Source of the DNA: Candidatus Obscuribacter phosphatis
GTDB lineage: Bacteria; Cyanobacteriota; Vampirovibrionia; Obscuribacterales; Obscuribacteraceae
Length of the DNA: 64,000 nucleotides
Direction: 5' to 3'
Assembly (NCBI GenBank): GCA_017303615.1
Contig: JAFLCK010000026.1
Coordinates: 4,357-68,356, forward strand
Within the stretch, counting starts at the first letter, position 1, and each line of letters begins with the position of its first letter. The position numbers and the translations under genes are program-made. A model generated the notes under the pieces. The model saw nothing but the letters and a program-made list of their open reading frames with translations. It was not told where the DNA came from and did no database searches. Shown piece by piece: positions 10,031-19,241 of this stretch.

Positions 10031-12313
10031 ATGGGAAATTCCGCCGAAAAGAAGACCTTAGTATGCCTGGCAGTCGCCTTCTTCTTCTTGGCGATTTCTA
10101 CTCTTTTATCTATGATGGGCTTTGGTCAGTACCACGGCGACCATTGGCTCGAGACAAGACAGACTGCCGTGAAGGAGCTTCAGACCCTGGGCAATGCCTA
10201 TTCTATGGTTTTGCTCAATAGCCAGCGTTATGTAGCCAGCGGTGAAGTTCAACACTTAACGCTCTATAAGCAGGCTGTGGATGAGCTGAAGTTGCATCTG
10301 ACCGCCATTCAGTCTCTGGAGAATGGTCAATACGGACGCAGCGAGAGGGTTAGGCGTCTATCAAACGAAATTGCCATCAGCTTGGGCGAGATCGAACTTG
10401 ATGTGAAACTGCGCCTTGAGAACAAGCCCAACAGAGGCAGCACTCTTTTGCTCACCAACCGCGAAGTGACCGAAAGCGAACAGATTTTCAAAAGAATCGT
10501 CAATATGGAGAGGGAAGAAGCCAGTGCTGTGCAAGCTTTTTACTCTGGCGATGTGAAAGCACGAGGCAATAGTTTGCCATTGATTTCCTTTGTCTTCGCC
10601 TGCTTCAGCTTCGTTTTCGCTCTGGTCGAACTCTTGGGCGAGAGGCGCAATCTAGACTTCGAAGAGGACTCTAGTTCATTGGCTGGCGCAGGGAATGGTT
10701 CCAGCGCCGAAGGTGGTCATGCCTCACTCGCAGGCGCCGGCAGCGGCAGTCTCCTATCTAATGCAGGTGGCTCGAACGGTCTCAATCTTTCTGGTTCTTC
10801 TGGCTCTCTTGGCGGCGCAGATGCTGGCGTCGCCTCGTTAGTTGGTCATGGTTCTAATAACGGCAACGGTTCAAAAGCTTCGGGTAATGGGGCTGCGCCG
10901 TATCGAAATGGTCGTCTCGACATCAATTCGGAGGATATAACCAGTCTAAGACGAGATTTGGCTAGTGCTCTTTCTCAACTCGAGAAACTTGCCAGTGCCG
11001 ACTATCTCACCGATGTTCTTAATGTCAGAGGACTCGAGCAAGTTCTGCGCATAGAAGAGAACCGAGCCGGTCGTTCGGGCGAAGCTCTCATCGCTATGCT
11101 CATTAACCTCGATAATCTCAAGAAAGTGAACGAAGGTCTTGGTCACACCACTGGCGATGTCATTCTCAAGGAGACCGCCAAGCGAGTTCTGGCTATCTTG
11201 CGTCCTACAGATCATGTGGCTAGAGTCGGCGGCGACGAGTTTTTGGTTCTTCTGCCTGATACCAATATGGCTTATGGCATGCGCGTCGCTGAGAGAATCC
11301 GCTGCGAGATATCAGATAATCCCATGAAGAGTACAGATGATCAGGTCTCTGTTACTGCCTCTATTGGGGTGGTCAGTCTGCCCGCTCGCATCGCTTCTGT
11401 GCAAGAAGCCGTAAATCTGACACGTAGCGCGCTCAGACGCAGCAAAGAAGCCGGCAAGAATCGCGTCACCGTCAGCGAAGAGTCTTCGTCCCAAGCCGAG
11501 AAGGTTCGCGGACGCTCGATAACTCAGCGCGATATTGTCGAGCAGCTTCTCGATGTCAGAGAGTTTCGCACGGTCTATCAGCCGATTATCCGTCTGGCCG
11601 ACGAAGGGACAGATGGTTACGAGGTACTCAGCCGCGGTCCCGATGGTGCCTTCGAAAGTCCATCTGATTTCTTTCGTATCTGTGTCGAAAACAATATTCT
11701 CACCACTGTTGACTTGCAATGTCTGCGTCTTTGTTTATCCAATATCCCGAACGTCATATTGCCTGCAGTTTCTCACAGCAATGGCGACACTTCAGGCAAG
11801 GCACTTAACGCGAAGCAAACGCGCTTCCATATCAACCTTTTCCCATCCACACTTCTTGAAACCCCTGTAGATAAGCTGCTCGACCTATTTCCTAAAGATA
11901 GACCTGACATTCGTTTTTGTATCGAGATTTCAGAACAAGAATTCATTAGTGAACCAGCTTATCTGAGAGAGCACGTTTCGGCGCTCAAGAACGCCGGAGT
12001 ACTTGTCGCAGTGGATGATGTTGGCTTTGGACGCAGTTCTCTGGAGACGCTAATCTTGCTTGAGCCCGATTTAGTAAAGGTTGATCGCAAGTATGTGGCT
12101 GGCTTGTCGACAGAACCGGCTAAGGCACGCCTACTCAGAAGACTGGCAAATGTGGCGAAGAGCTTAGGCGCCCAGATAATCGCAGAAGGGATAGAAGACC
12201 GTGCTGACTTGCCGGTCCTCATCGAAATGGGTATCGACTATGGTCAGGGCTTCCTCTGGGGTGAACTGCTCAAAGCTCTTCCTGATTCAGCCTCAGGTTC
12301 CTTGGTTCGTTAG
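10031..12313 (+). CDS. Diguanylate cyclase/phosphodiesterase (CHASE3-like sensor, GGDEF, EAL)
   Basis: Two TM segments flank a CHASE3-like region, followed by a G/S/N/A low-complexity linker. RVGGDEFLVLL motif. EAL domain with YEVLSR, DDVGFG, KVDR, AEGIED, QGF. Confidence 0.85.
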   Translation: MGNSAEKKTLVCLAVAFFFLAISTLLSMMGFGQYHGDHWLETRQTAVKELQTLGNAYSMVLLNSQRYVASGEVQHLTLYKQAVDELKLHLTAIQSLENGQYGRSERVRRLSNEIAISLGEIELDVKLRLENKPNRGSTLLLTNREVTESEQIFKRIVNMEREEASAVQAFYSGDVKARGNSLPLISFVFACFSFVFALVELLGERRNLDFEEDSSSLAGAGNGSSAEGGHASLAGAGSGSLLSNAGGSNGLNLSGSSGSLGGADAGVASLVGHGSNNGNGSKASGNGAAPYRNGRLDINSEDITSLRRDLASALSQLEKLASADYLTDVLNVRGLEQVLRIEENRAGRSGEALIAMLINLDNLKKVNEGLGHTTGDVILKETAKRVLAILRPTDHVARVGGDEFLVLLPDTNMAYGMRVAERIRCEISDNPMKSTDDQVSVTASIGVVSLPARIASVQEAVNLTRSALRRSKEAGKNRVTVSEESSSQAEKVRGRSITQRDIVEQLLDVREFRTVYQPIIRLADEGTDGYEVLSRGPDGAFESPSDFFRICVENNILTTVDLQCLRLCLSNIPNVILPAVSHSNGDTSGKALNAKQTRFHINLFPSTLLETPVDKLLDLFPKDRPDIRFCIEISEQEFISEPAYLREHVSALKNAGVLVAVDDVGFGRSSLETLILLEPDLVKVDRKYVAGLSTEPAKARLLRRLANVAKSLGAQIIAEGIEDRADLPVLIEMGIDYGQGFLWGELLKALPDSASGSLVR

Positions 12314-12490
12314 TCTTTGGTATGCGTAAGTTTTCTAGGTGCCTTGTGGTTTTTTGATACGTAGTTTTGGGGGGATACTTTGATACCTTGTTTTTTGAAG
12401 CGGTAGTTTGTTTGACATGGTTCTGTATCGGATGCATCTTGAGATAATTCATATTGATAGAAATCATCCTAATTGGAGACAGCTTGTTCC

Positions 12491-13399
12491 ATGACCAATA
12501 GTCCTATTCCTAGAACTGATACACCGCCAAAGATACCAGCTAGATTCTCCATCGAGCAGTGTTTACTGGAAGGGTGGCGCGGAATGATCAATTCATTCTT
12601 GCCATTCTTTGCCGTCCTTTGCATTTACTGGCTATGTACAGCTTTGATGGCTTTACCGGGGTTGGCTATTTTTGCTGCTCAGTTGGTTAAGTACACAATT
12701 CCTTGGTACCTGTATGGATTCCTTATCTTCGCTCAGTTGATTTCAGGTTTCATTTTTGCGCCGATCTTGCAGATGGGTCTCCTTCGTGTTTCGCTGAGAG
12801 TCTTAGAAGGAGAGACTCCAACCCCTGCCGATTTGTCCAAGTGCTGGCGTTACTTTTGGCAGTTTTTGGTGGCAAGTTTCATCATGCGCACCATTCGTCT
12901 ACCAGCATATCTTTGCTTCATCTTTCCCGGAATCTGGATAGATTTGTCATTTCGCTTTTATGAGTACTTTATTGTCGATCGCGGGATGGGTCCTATAGAG
13001 TCCTTTCGAGCGAGCAATGAAGTAACCAAGGGGCAGATGGTTAGGGTATTGCTGACAGAATTGATATTGTTAGTTGTCACCGCTCTTGGTGGCTTGGTCT
13101 TTTTGATTGGTGCTGTGCCTGCTTATATGATTGTTAGTTTGGCGAGAGCTAGTATGTATAGGCAAATTTTAAAGAATTCTCTTCTCGAGCAGGCAAAGCT
13201 ACTTGATGAAGAGTTGGAAGTCAAGGCTTTTGATGAGAAACTTAGAATGCGCTCTCCGAAGCCTCTTTCTGAGTCAGGAGTCTTTGGGACCTTAAAGTCC
13301 GTTGAAGGTGAGAGCGAAGGTGCCAGTATAAGTGATAATGGTATTAGTATTAATGTTGCAGAGAATTCGAAAGAGAAAGACACTCTCGAAAGGAACTGA
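12491..13399 (+). CDS. Integral membrane protein (DUF975-like topology)
   Basis: Four or more hydrophobic helices. Loop ending RASNEVTKGQ resembles the DUF975 pattern. ATG 12491 is preferred over TTG 12473 (GGAGA upstream). Confidence 0.55.
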   Translation: MTNSPIPRTDTPPKIPARFSIEQCLLEGWRGMINSFLPFFAVLCIYWLCTALMALPGLAIFAAQLVKYTIPWYLYGFLIFAQLISGFIFAPILQMGLLRVSLRVLEGETPTPADLSKCWRYFWQFLVASFIMRTIRLPAYLCFIFPGIWIDLSFRFYEYFIVDRGMGPIESFRASNEVTKGQMVRVLLTELILLVVTALGGLVFLIGAVPAYMIVSLARASMYRQILKNSLLEQAKLLDEELEVKAFDEKLRMRSPKPLSESGVFGTLKSVEGESEGASISDNGISINVAENSKEKDTLERN

Positions 13400-13404
13400 T
13401 TGCG

Positions 13405-14130
13405 ATGATTGAGAATTGCTCTGCCAGTAGAGCCTCTACCTTTAGAGAGTTGCTTTGTTTTTCTAGGTTGACTTTTGTATTTACTTACTGTCTGATTTTT
13501 CTATCTATGTCTTCTCTTGGTCCTGTTTCAGCGCAAGCGAACAAGGGTTACTCGCAAGAGCCTGGTGTATCTTCTGCTCCTGATAGTCCAAAGGCGCTAA
13601 AGGGGCAGATTAAGGCGTCTGAGTTGGCCGTCGAATCAAGTTTGAAGGAGTTAGGTGATACCCTACATCATTTGAAAGATTCTGCGTGGTCATTGTTTTG
13701 CGAGGTTCAGCAACCTGACCAGGTCTTTTGCGGTGGACCAGATGCTGTTGGTCCAATTATTCTGACGCCTGTTAACGGGACGGGCCTCATTGATACTGGA
13801 GCGCTGCTGCCGCCTAGAAAGAAATGGGTAGATTATTTTGTCAGTCAGATGGATTATTTAGTTCCGCATCTTCAGCAAGAGTGTCAATCGCTATCATTGC
13901 CTGAAACTCTAAGTAGTGATTTGAGCGATGAATTTAATAATCTTAAGTCTATATCTAGTACTTTAGGAGACAAGCTTGCAAAGGTGAAGGCAGTTTGCGT
14001 TGGTCCGAAATATGAGAACATGGCGATTGCCACTGCTTCGCAGGCGCTTTTAGATGACTTAAAGACTATGGAGAGATTGCGAAAGAGCATCTACAAGCAC
14101 GCGAAGAGTGAGTTCTCTCGGCTTCGTTAA
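13405..14130 (+). CDS. Hypothetical secreted protein
   Basis: ORF starts 5 nt after the upstream stop. Signal-like FVFTYCLIFLSMSSLGPVSAQA. No recognisable domain. Confidence 0.55.
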   Translation: MIENCSASRASTFRELLCFSRLTFVFTYCLIFLSMSSLGPVSAQANKGYSQEPGVSSAPDSPKALKGQIKASELAVESSLKELGDTLHHLKDSAWSLFCEVQQPDQVFCGGPDAVGPIILTPVNGTGLIDTGALLPPRKKWVDYFVSQMDYLVPHLQQECQSLSLPETLSSDLSDEFNNLKSISSTLGDKLAKVKAVCVGPKYENMAIATASQALLDDLKTMERLRKSIYKHAKSEFSRLR

Positions 14131-14175
14131 CGGCAGGTATAGGCTGCCTATGATTTTATGAATTTGAAGTTTGAG

Positions 14176-14213
14176 AATTTGTAAGCCTATCGATATCGAT
14201 AGGCTTACAAATT
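14176..14213. promoter_or_regulatory. Perfect 38-bp palindrome (terminator hairpin and/or operator)
   Basis: AATTTGTAAGCCTATCGAT|ATCGATAGGCTTACAAATT has 19-nt arms with no mismatch. T-runs lie downstream. It sits 72 nt before the 14285 ATG. Confidence 0.7.
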
Positions 14214-14284
14214 AATCTCCATTTTTTGAACTTTTTTCTCGATTTGGTCGTCTATATAGACAGGACCGACTGAGGTTTTTTTCC

Positions 14285-15811
14285 ATGCAGAATGATAAGT
14301 CTTTTCAGAAGGAGGCAATGGAGCTCGACGAAGCTGCTTGGTCTTGTAATGATGAACTAGTTGAGCAACTGTGGAAAGAATTTCAATCTCTTTTCCCTTG
14401 TGAAGCTTCTGTAAGAAAAGCATTTTTGTCGATCATAAAGGCAAAGTATTTGCTTTGCTGCAAGTACTGCTTTTCTGAGAATTTGAAAATTGGAATTGAT
14501 AATCGCACTTATCGTTGTAGTGACTGTCACAAACAGTCTTCTGTTACCGCAGGAACTTTCTTTCAAGGTGCGCGTAGACTCCGAGCCTGGTTCGCTGCAA
14601 TTTGGTTTATTGAGCAGGGCGCATACATTAGCTCAGCCAAGTTCTCTCTTTTGGTTGAAGTAAGGCAGTCCTCTGCCTGGGGCATACTGCGCTCTGTTTT
14701 TGCTGCTATAGATATGAACAACAGGTCTAGGGGAATTTCTGCTAGAGGTATTGGCTCTCTACATTTTATGGAACTTTTTTGTAAGCGAAGTTTGCTTACT
14801 CCTAGGTGGGAGATGCCTCAGAGTGAAGAATATTTTCAGCGGCACTTGTCTAAAGTATATGCGTCCTCCGCACCTTTTCCTTCCGATACGGCCGTGCCGG
14901 AATTGAAGCATGAAACCAATGAAATTGAGACCGACTTAAATGAGCCGGCTATGTCTGTATTGAACTCTTTAATTGATGGCGACCTTAGCTACGATAGTCT
15001 GCTGCGCGTTCTAGAGATTTCGGAGCGGGAGTTGCTCGAAGTACTTACAGACCTTGAACTTTCTGGTCTCGTTGTCGCGATTGCTGGTTCTAAGTTTCAA
15101 TTGACCAAGCTTGGAGTTAGCCTTCTCAAAGCGCGAAATGAGAAATCTGGCGAAGCAAGCTTCGATTTTGATTCAGGTACAAATTCGCAAGACCAAGATT
15201 CATCTTCTTCCTCTTCTACAAGCTCCGCTGGTGAGAAATATCAAGAATTCTCGCAGACTGATTCTAATCGTTCATTTTGGCAAACAGAGCCAGAGGGCTT
15301 TAAGAGTTCTATTCGAGATGCGATTGAATTTGAGCGACCAGACCTAGATTGCTGGGAGAAAAGTAAGCTTAGAGATGTACCTCTGCTGCAGCAAAAAACT
15401 AATGATTATCTGCTTAGGGACTGTGAAATTTTCGGATGTCAGATATGCGCCGAAAGAACAGCTAATGTTCAGATTGCGCTCAGATGTGCCAAAGAGTTTC
15501 TTGGGTTTATGAACAAGAATAGAATGTCTTTCTCGAGGAAGTATCTCCAGATCATAATTTCAGTTGAGAGATACCGAAACAAAACGCTCGCTAAGTCTAA
15601 TCGGACCAGCCATGATTGGCATGGGCAGGGCTCTCAGGCGGTTCGAGGTTTGCTATCGAATCCGCTTGATGTTGAAAATGATTCGGATGCAGCTAGCCTC
15701 GATTCCAGCTTGGGTACTGGGGATAGTTTGTTTGATGTGTGCATTGCGGCGGGTTATATTCGCCGTAATCTCATACGAGGCTTTTTAACTCCGCTCTTGG
15801 TCAATCTTTGA
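14285..15811 (+). CDS. IS1595-transposase-derived protein: zinc-ribbon/HTH N-terminus, wHTH-like and Ser-rich middle, degenerate transposase C-terminus, no DDE core
   Basis: CCKYC...YRCSDCHKQSSVTAGTFFQGARRLRAWFAAIWF...SSAWGIL fits the IS1595 Zn-ribbon domain. C-terminal TANVQ...FSRKYLQ...RYRNK resembles HTNxIE...SxKHLQxYLxEFxFRxNRR. Confidence 0.6.
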   Translation: MQNDKSFQKEAMELDEAAWSCNDELVEQLWKEFQSLFPCEASVRKAFLSIIKAKYLLCCKYCFSENLKIGIDNRTYRCSDCHKQSSVTAGTFFQGARRLRAWFAAIWFIEQGAYISSAKFSLLVEVRQSSAWGILRSVFAAIDMNNRSRGISARGIGSLHFMELFCKRSLLTPRWEMPQSEEYFQRHLSKVYASSAPFPSDTAVPELKHETNEIETDLNEPAMSVLNSLIDGDLSYDSLLRVLEISERELLEVLTDLELSGLVVAIAGSKFQLTKLGVSLLKARNEKSGEASFDFDSGTNSQDQDSSSSSSTSSAGEKYQEFSQTDSNRSFWQTEPEGFKSSIRDAIEFERPDLDCWEKSKLRDVPLLQQKTNDYLLRDCEIFGCQICAERTANVQIALRCAKEFLGFMNKNRMSFSRKYLQIIISVERYRNKTLAKSNRTSHDWHGQGSQAVRGLLSNPLDVENDSDAASLDSSLGTGDSLFDVCIAAGYIRRNLIRGFLTPLLVNL

Positions 15812-16245
15812 ATTCTTGCTCTGGGTCTTGGAAACTCTTTCACCTTTTCTGCCTCGACCCTGCTCTTATGCGAATTCCTTTTTCAGCCTTTGGATTTAGG
15901 TATGGACTCGATAGCAAGGTCAGATTGACTCACTTTGAAACTTCTATATCTGCTGACTTGCAATGTCCCATCATTCAACTTGGCAGCTTTGCCATCCAGC
16001 ATCCTGTGGCACAAAATAAGGCGCGCCAAAAAACGAGCATTATTTCTGCTAGAAATGGCAAGGGCTGGACGGTCAATTTTTGGAACAAACCTTCTAGAAT
16101 ATGCATCTATACCACTCGAATCACTTGGGTCTAATGACATCTGGGTTCGGTTCGGTATAGTCGGGTGAACTTTGCTTGCAAGCAGCTTTGTCCGTCTTTG
16201 GTCTGCGGTTTTCTACAGTATTCGTTTGGTCCATTGGAGGATTTT

Positions 16246-19101
16246 ATGAAGCGACACCTGAGAGCGAGAGCAGTAGTGAAACAGTCAATTTCAGCTTCAC
16301 TTATGCTTACGTTTGCAATCGGATTCAGTGGCGGCGCTCAGGCGGCAGATGTCAATACTATTCTTGCTTCGGTTTCTTCGATTTCCGATGTTGATGCTAG
16401 GCAGGCTTCCATTGAGAAGAGACTCGAGGATGCATATGGAGCCGGACGTCTCACTCAGGCGCAGTATCAGAGCTTCAAGCAGTCGCTCTCGCGAGTCGCC
16501 GACCAAGAAGCTGTATTCAGGGCCTCAGATAGTTCTCTCAGTCTATGGGAGAGTCTGCGCCTGCAATTCGACCTAGACCGTCTTGTCAAAGAGATGGAAG
16601 CTAGCCTGTCTGACAGACAAACAGGCTTTGTTGATGTCTATGCCCGCCGTGATGAAATTGTGAAGAGACTTTCTGTTGCTTATTCTGATGGTAGGCTCAC
16701 GGCGCAAGAGTATGCTCAGATTCAAATGGAATTGGATACAATCAATAAAAGTATTCAGGCTTCAAGTGCTCAGACCGGACACTTGAGCGTTTCTGATTCA
16801 ATTAGATTGGTTTTGGAACTGGACCGATTGAGTCAGAAACTGACCAGAACTGTTCATGATAGGCAAGTAAGTCTCACCCAAATTGATGTCAGACAAGCAG
16901 AACTTTCGAAGCGGATCGAAAGTGGTGTCGCTTCGGGCAAAATCACTGACCGCGAAGCCAATGACTTGAAGGCTGAGTTTAAGCGCATAGCCGACAAAGA
17001 AGAATCTTTGAGGAAGTTGGGTCGACCCCTTACCTCTGAAGAGCAACTTACTCTCGCTCTCGATCTTGAGAAGTTGAGTGGACAAATTGATTCGCATCTA
17101 AATGATGAAGAAGTGCAGAATAATGTCATATCTGATGTCGACAGGCGCCAGGCTGAAGTCGATAGAAATTTGGCTCAGGCTCTCTCTAGCGGTCTTGTGA
17201 CGGTGAGTGAGGCGCAGGTTTATAAGTCTGAACTGGATGCGATTAGCAAAAAGACTGCCGATTTTAGAACTACTGGTGGTGGTCAGCTGAATATTGTTCA
17301 GGCTCAAAACGTTCTTATAGATCTCGAGAGATTGAACGGTAAGATTGACCGTGCTGTTTATTCTAAGCAGCCGGTTTGGGTTGGTATAGATGCTAGTATC
17401 GAAGATTATCGTCGGCGGATTGCTGATGCCAAGGTTGGTCAGCGTCTTTCTGAAGTTGATGAAGTCGAACTGAAGTCGGATCTCGATAAGATTGTTGCAA
17501 ACAAGGCTACTTATGCCGCTTCCAGTCAGGGGCTTGATAGCCAGGAAGCGATTAGCTTGGCTGTAGATTTGACTCGCTTGAACGGTAAGATGTTCAAGCT
17601 CATCAAGGACAGAGAGGTAGCGGTGCTGCCTGATGTCTCTCGACGCAAAGATGAGATAAGTCGTCGCATCGCCGAAGGGACCTCTTCTGGAAAGCTGACC
17701 ACCGATGAAACCAGGTCACTGTTGGAAGATCTCGATAGAATCGCCGCTCGCGAAGCTGCCTTTAAAGCCACTGACGGAGTGCTCGATGATAGGGAGAAGC
17801 TCAGCGTTGCCCTTGATCTAGAGCGACTCGCCGCCCGCACGGAGAAGGAAATTCGTGATAATCCGTTTGTTTCCAAATCGATTCAAGCAAGAAAAGAGCA
17901 GGCGGACCAGACTATTTCCAATGGCACGTTGACCGGTAAGCTTTCCGCGCAAGAAGTACAGAATCTGCGCACTGAGTACAATCGGATACTTGCTTTTGAG
18001 CAGAGTAGTTTGACTTCTGGTTCCTCTCTTGATGCTCGCGAAGCTCTCACCATTGCAGCCGATTTAGATAGGCTGATCAAAGATGTTGAGTCGCAAATGA
18101 AGAATTCGGAAACAGCCTTGCCCGATCTTGCCAAACGAGAGTCAGAGCTTTATCAGCGCATTACCGAAGGGGTTATGCAGGGACGTCTAGCCCCGAAAGA
18201 TGCCGACAGTCTCAAGCGCGAATTCTATCGTCTGATGGATTTGGAAGCTAAGTATCGCTCCATCGGCGGACTCTCGTTCGGAGAGCATGCCGCCCTTGCA
18301 TTGGAGTTGGAGAAACTATCAGCCAGCATTGAGAACAGCATGAAGGAGAGCGTAGCGTCTCTGCCGGATGTGGACGCGCGTCAGTCTGAGATTGATAATC
18401 GTCTTGCCGATGCCGTTGCCTCGGGGCGTATGACCAGTGAACAGTCGCGTGAATTCACACGTGATTTGGATCGCATCGCCCGTGATGAGGTCACATATCG
18501 ATTTTCAGGCAGCGGTCTCAGCTATGCAGAGTCTCTAGCTCTAATCACCGAGCTTGAGAAAGTTTCGGCTCGTCTCGATACCAAGCTTGCTGGTTCTTCA
18601 CCTCAGTGGAATGGCATTGACGGCAGAGTTTCGGAAACCAGTAAACGCATTTCTGATGCTCTGCTCGCTCAGAAAGTTGACGCCAGTGCCGGCAATCAGC
18701 TCAAGAATGAATTGGACCGTATCAGTCAGGCTAAGGTCGCCTTCTCTACTTCTGGCGGCGGCTTGACCCTTGCCGAGACCGAGTCTCTCGTTCGCGACCT
18801 GGAGCGTCTAAACAAGGACATCGACAATCGGACCGGCGTTGGTAGAGCCATTGCCTGGACTGATATCGATGCTCGCCAGGCGCGCCTGGAAGCCCGCATC
18901 GCCCAAGATATCGCTGCCGGTAAGCTGAGCTCGCAGAAAGCTAAGCAAGCGAAGCAAGAGCTGCGCAGCCTTTCTCAGGTTAAGGCCTCCTTTAGAAATT
19001 CAGGCGGCTATAGCTATACGCAGCTGGTTTCGATGGCCCAAGCTCTAGACAAAATTGGCAAGCTGGTTGGATTTACCCCCCGCTATTTGCAAAATCAATA
19101 G
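16246..19101 (+). CDS. Secreted protein made of 11 tandem ~83-aa helical repeats (SHOCT-like motif in each)
   Basis: ATG 16246 lies 5 nt after GGAGG. Signal peptide ...FAIGFSGGAQA. Each repeat reads D(V/I)DxRQxEIxxRLxxAxxSGRLTxxExxxxKxELDRI...GGGLSxxExxxLxxDLERLxxxI. Confidence 0.85.
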   Translation: MKRHLRARAVVKQSISASLMLTFAIGFSGGAQAADVNTILASVSSISDVDARQASIEKRLEDAYGAGRLTQAQYQSFKQSLSRVADQEAVFRASDSSLSLWESLRLQFDLDRLVKEMEASLSDRQTGFVDVYARRDEIVKRLSVAYSDGRLTAQEYAQIQMELDTINKSIQASSAQTGHLSVSDSIRLVLELDRLSQKLTRTVHDRQVSLTQIDVRQAELSKRIESGVASGKITDREANDLKAEFKRIADKEESLRKLGRPLTSEEQLTLALDLEKLSGQIDSHLNDEEVQNNVISDVDRRQAEVDRNLAQALSSGLVTVSEAQVYKSELDAISKKTADFRTTGGGQLNIVQAQNVLIDLERLNGKIDRAVYSKQPVWVGIDASIEDYRRRIADAKVGQRLSEVDEVELKSDLDKIVANKATYAASSQGLDSQEAISLAVDLTRLNGKMFKLIKDREVAVLPDVSRRKDEISRRIAEGTSSGKLTTDETRSLLEDLDRIAAREAAFKATDGVLDDREKLSVALDLERLAARTEKEIRDNPFVSKSIQARKEQADQTISNGTLTGKLSAQEVQNLRTEYNRILAFEQSSLTSGSSLDAREALTIAADLDRLIKDVESQMKNSETALPDLAKRESELYQRITEGVMQGRLAPKDADSLKREFYRLMDLEAKYRSIGGLSFGEHAALALELEKLSASIENSMKESVASLPDVDARQSEIDNRLADAVASGRMTSEQSREFTRDLDRIARDEVTYRFSGSGLSYAESLALITELEKVSARLDTKLAGSSPQWNGIDGRVSETSKRISDALLAQKVDASAGNQLKNELDRISQAKVAFSTSGGGLTLAETESLVRDLERLNKDIDNRTGVGRAIAWTDIDARQARLEARIAQDIAAGKLSSQKAKQAKQELRSLSQVKASFRNSGGYSYTQLVSMAQALDKIGKLVGFTPRYLQNQ

Positions 19102-19150
19102 CATTAGACAGCTCGGGCAAGTTTACAGCCGGTTAAGCAAAATAGAAAGA

Positions 19151-19181
19151 AAAATAGGAGGCTTTGCTTCCTATTTTTTTG
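19151..19181 (+). terminator. Rho-independent terminator after the repeat-protein gene
   Basis: AAAATAGGA / loop / TCCTATTTT hairpin followed by a T-run. Confidence 0.65.
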
Positions 19182-19241
19182 TCTTTCTCTGTAGCTTAGT
19201 TACCGTTCGGTCTTTGCCAAGTGAGGTAAGAAGCAAGAGCC

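Noticed and set aside
14285-15811. Active IS1595-family insertion sequence
   Set aside because: No DDE core motifs are recognisable, and Gln sits at the expected catalytic Glu. No terminal inverted repeats or target duplications were seen flanking the gene.
15808-16168. Small overlapping ORFs (108 aa plus strand, 85 aa minus strand, 77 aa plus strand) in the gap after the transposase-derived gene
   Set aside because: They are mutually exclusive, have no RBS or recognisable motif, and show AT-rich, non-coding-like composition. They could be gene remnants, but I cannot support any call.
16165-16245. Longer start for the repeat protein (ORF track 16165)
   Set aside because: ATG 16246 has a GGAGG RBS at ideal spacing and yields a canonical signal peptide. 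The upstream 27 codons look non-coding.
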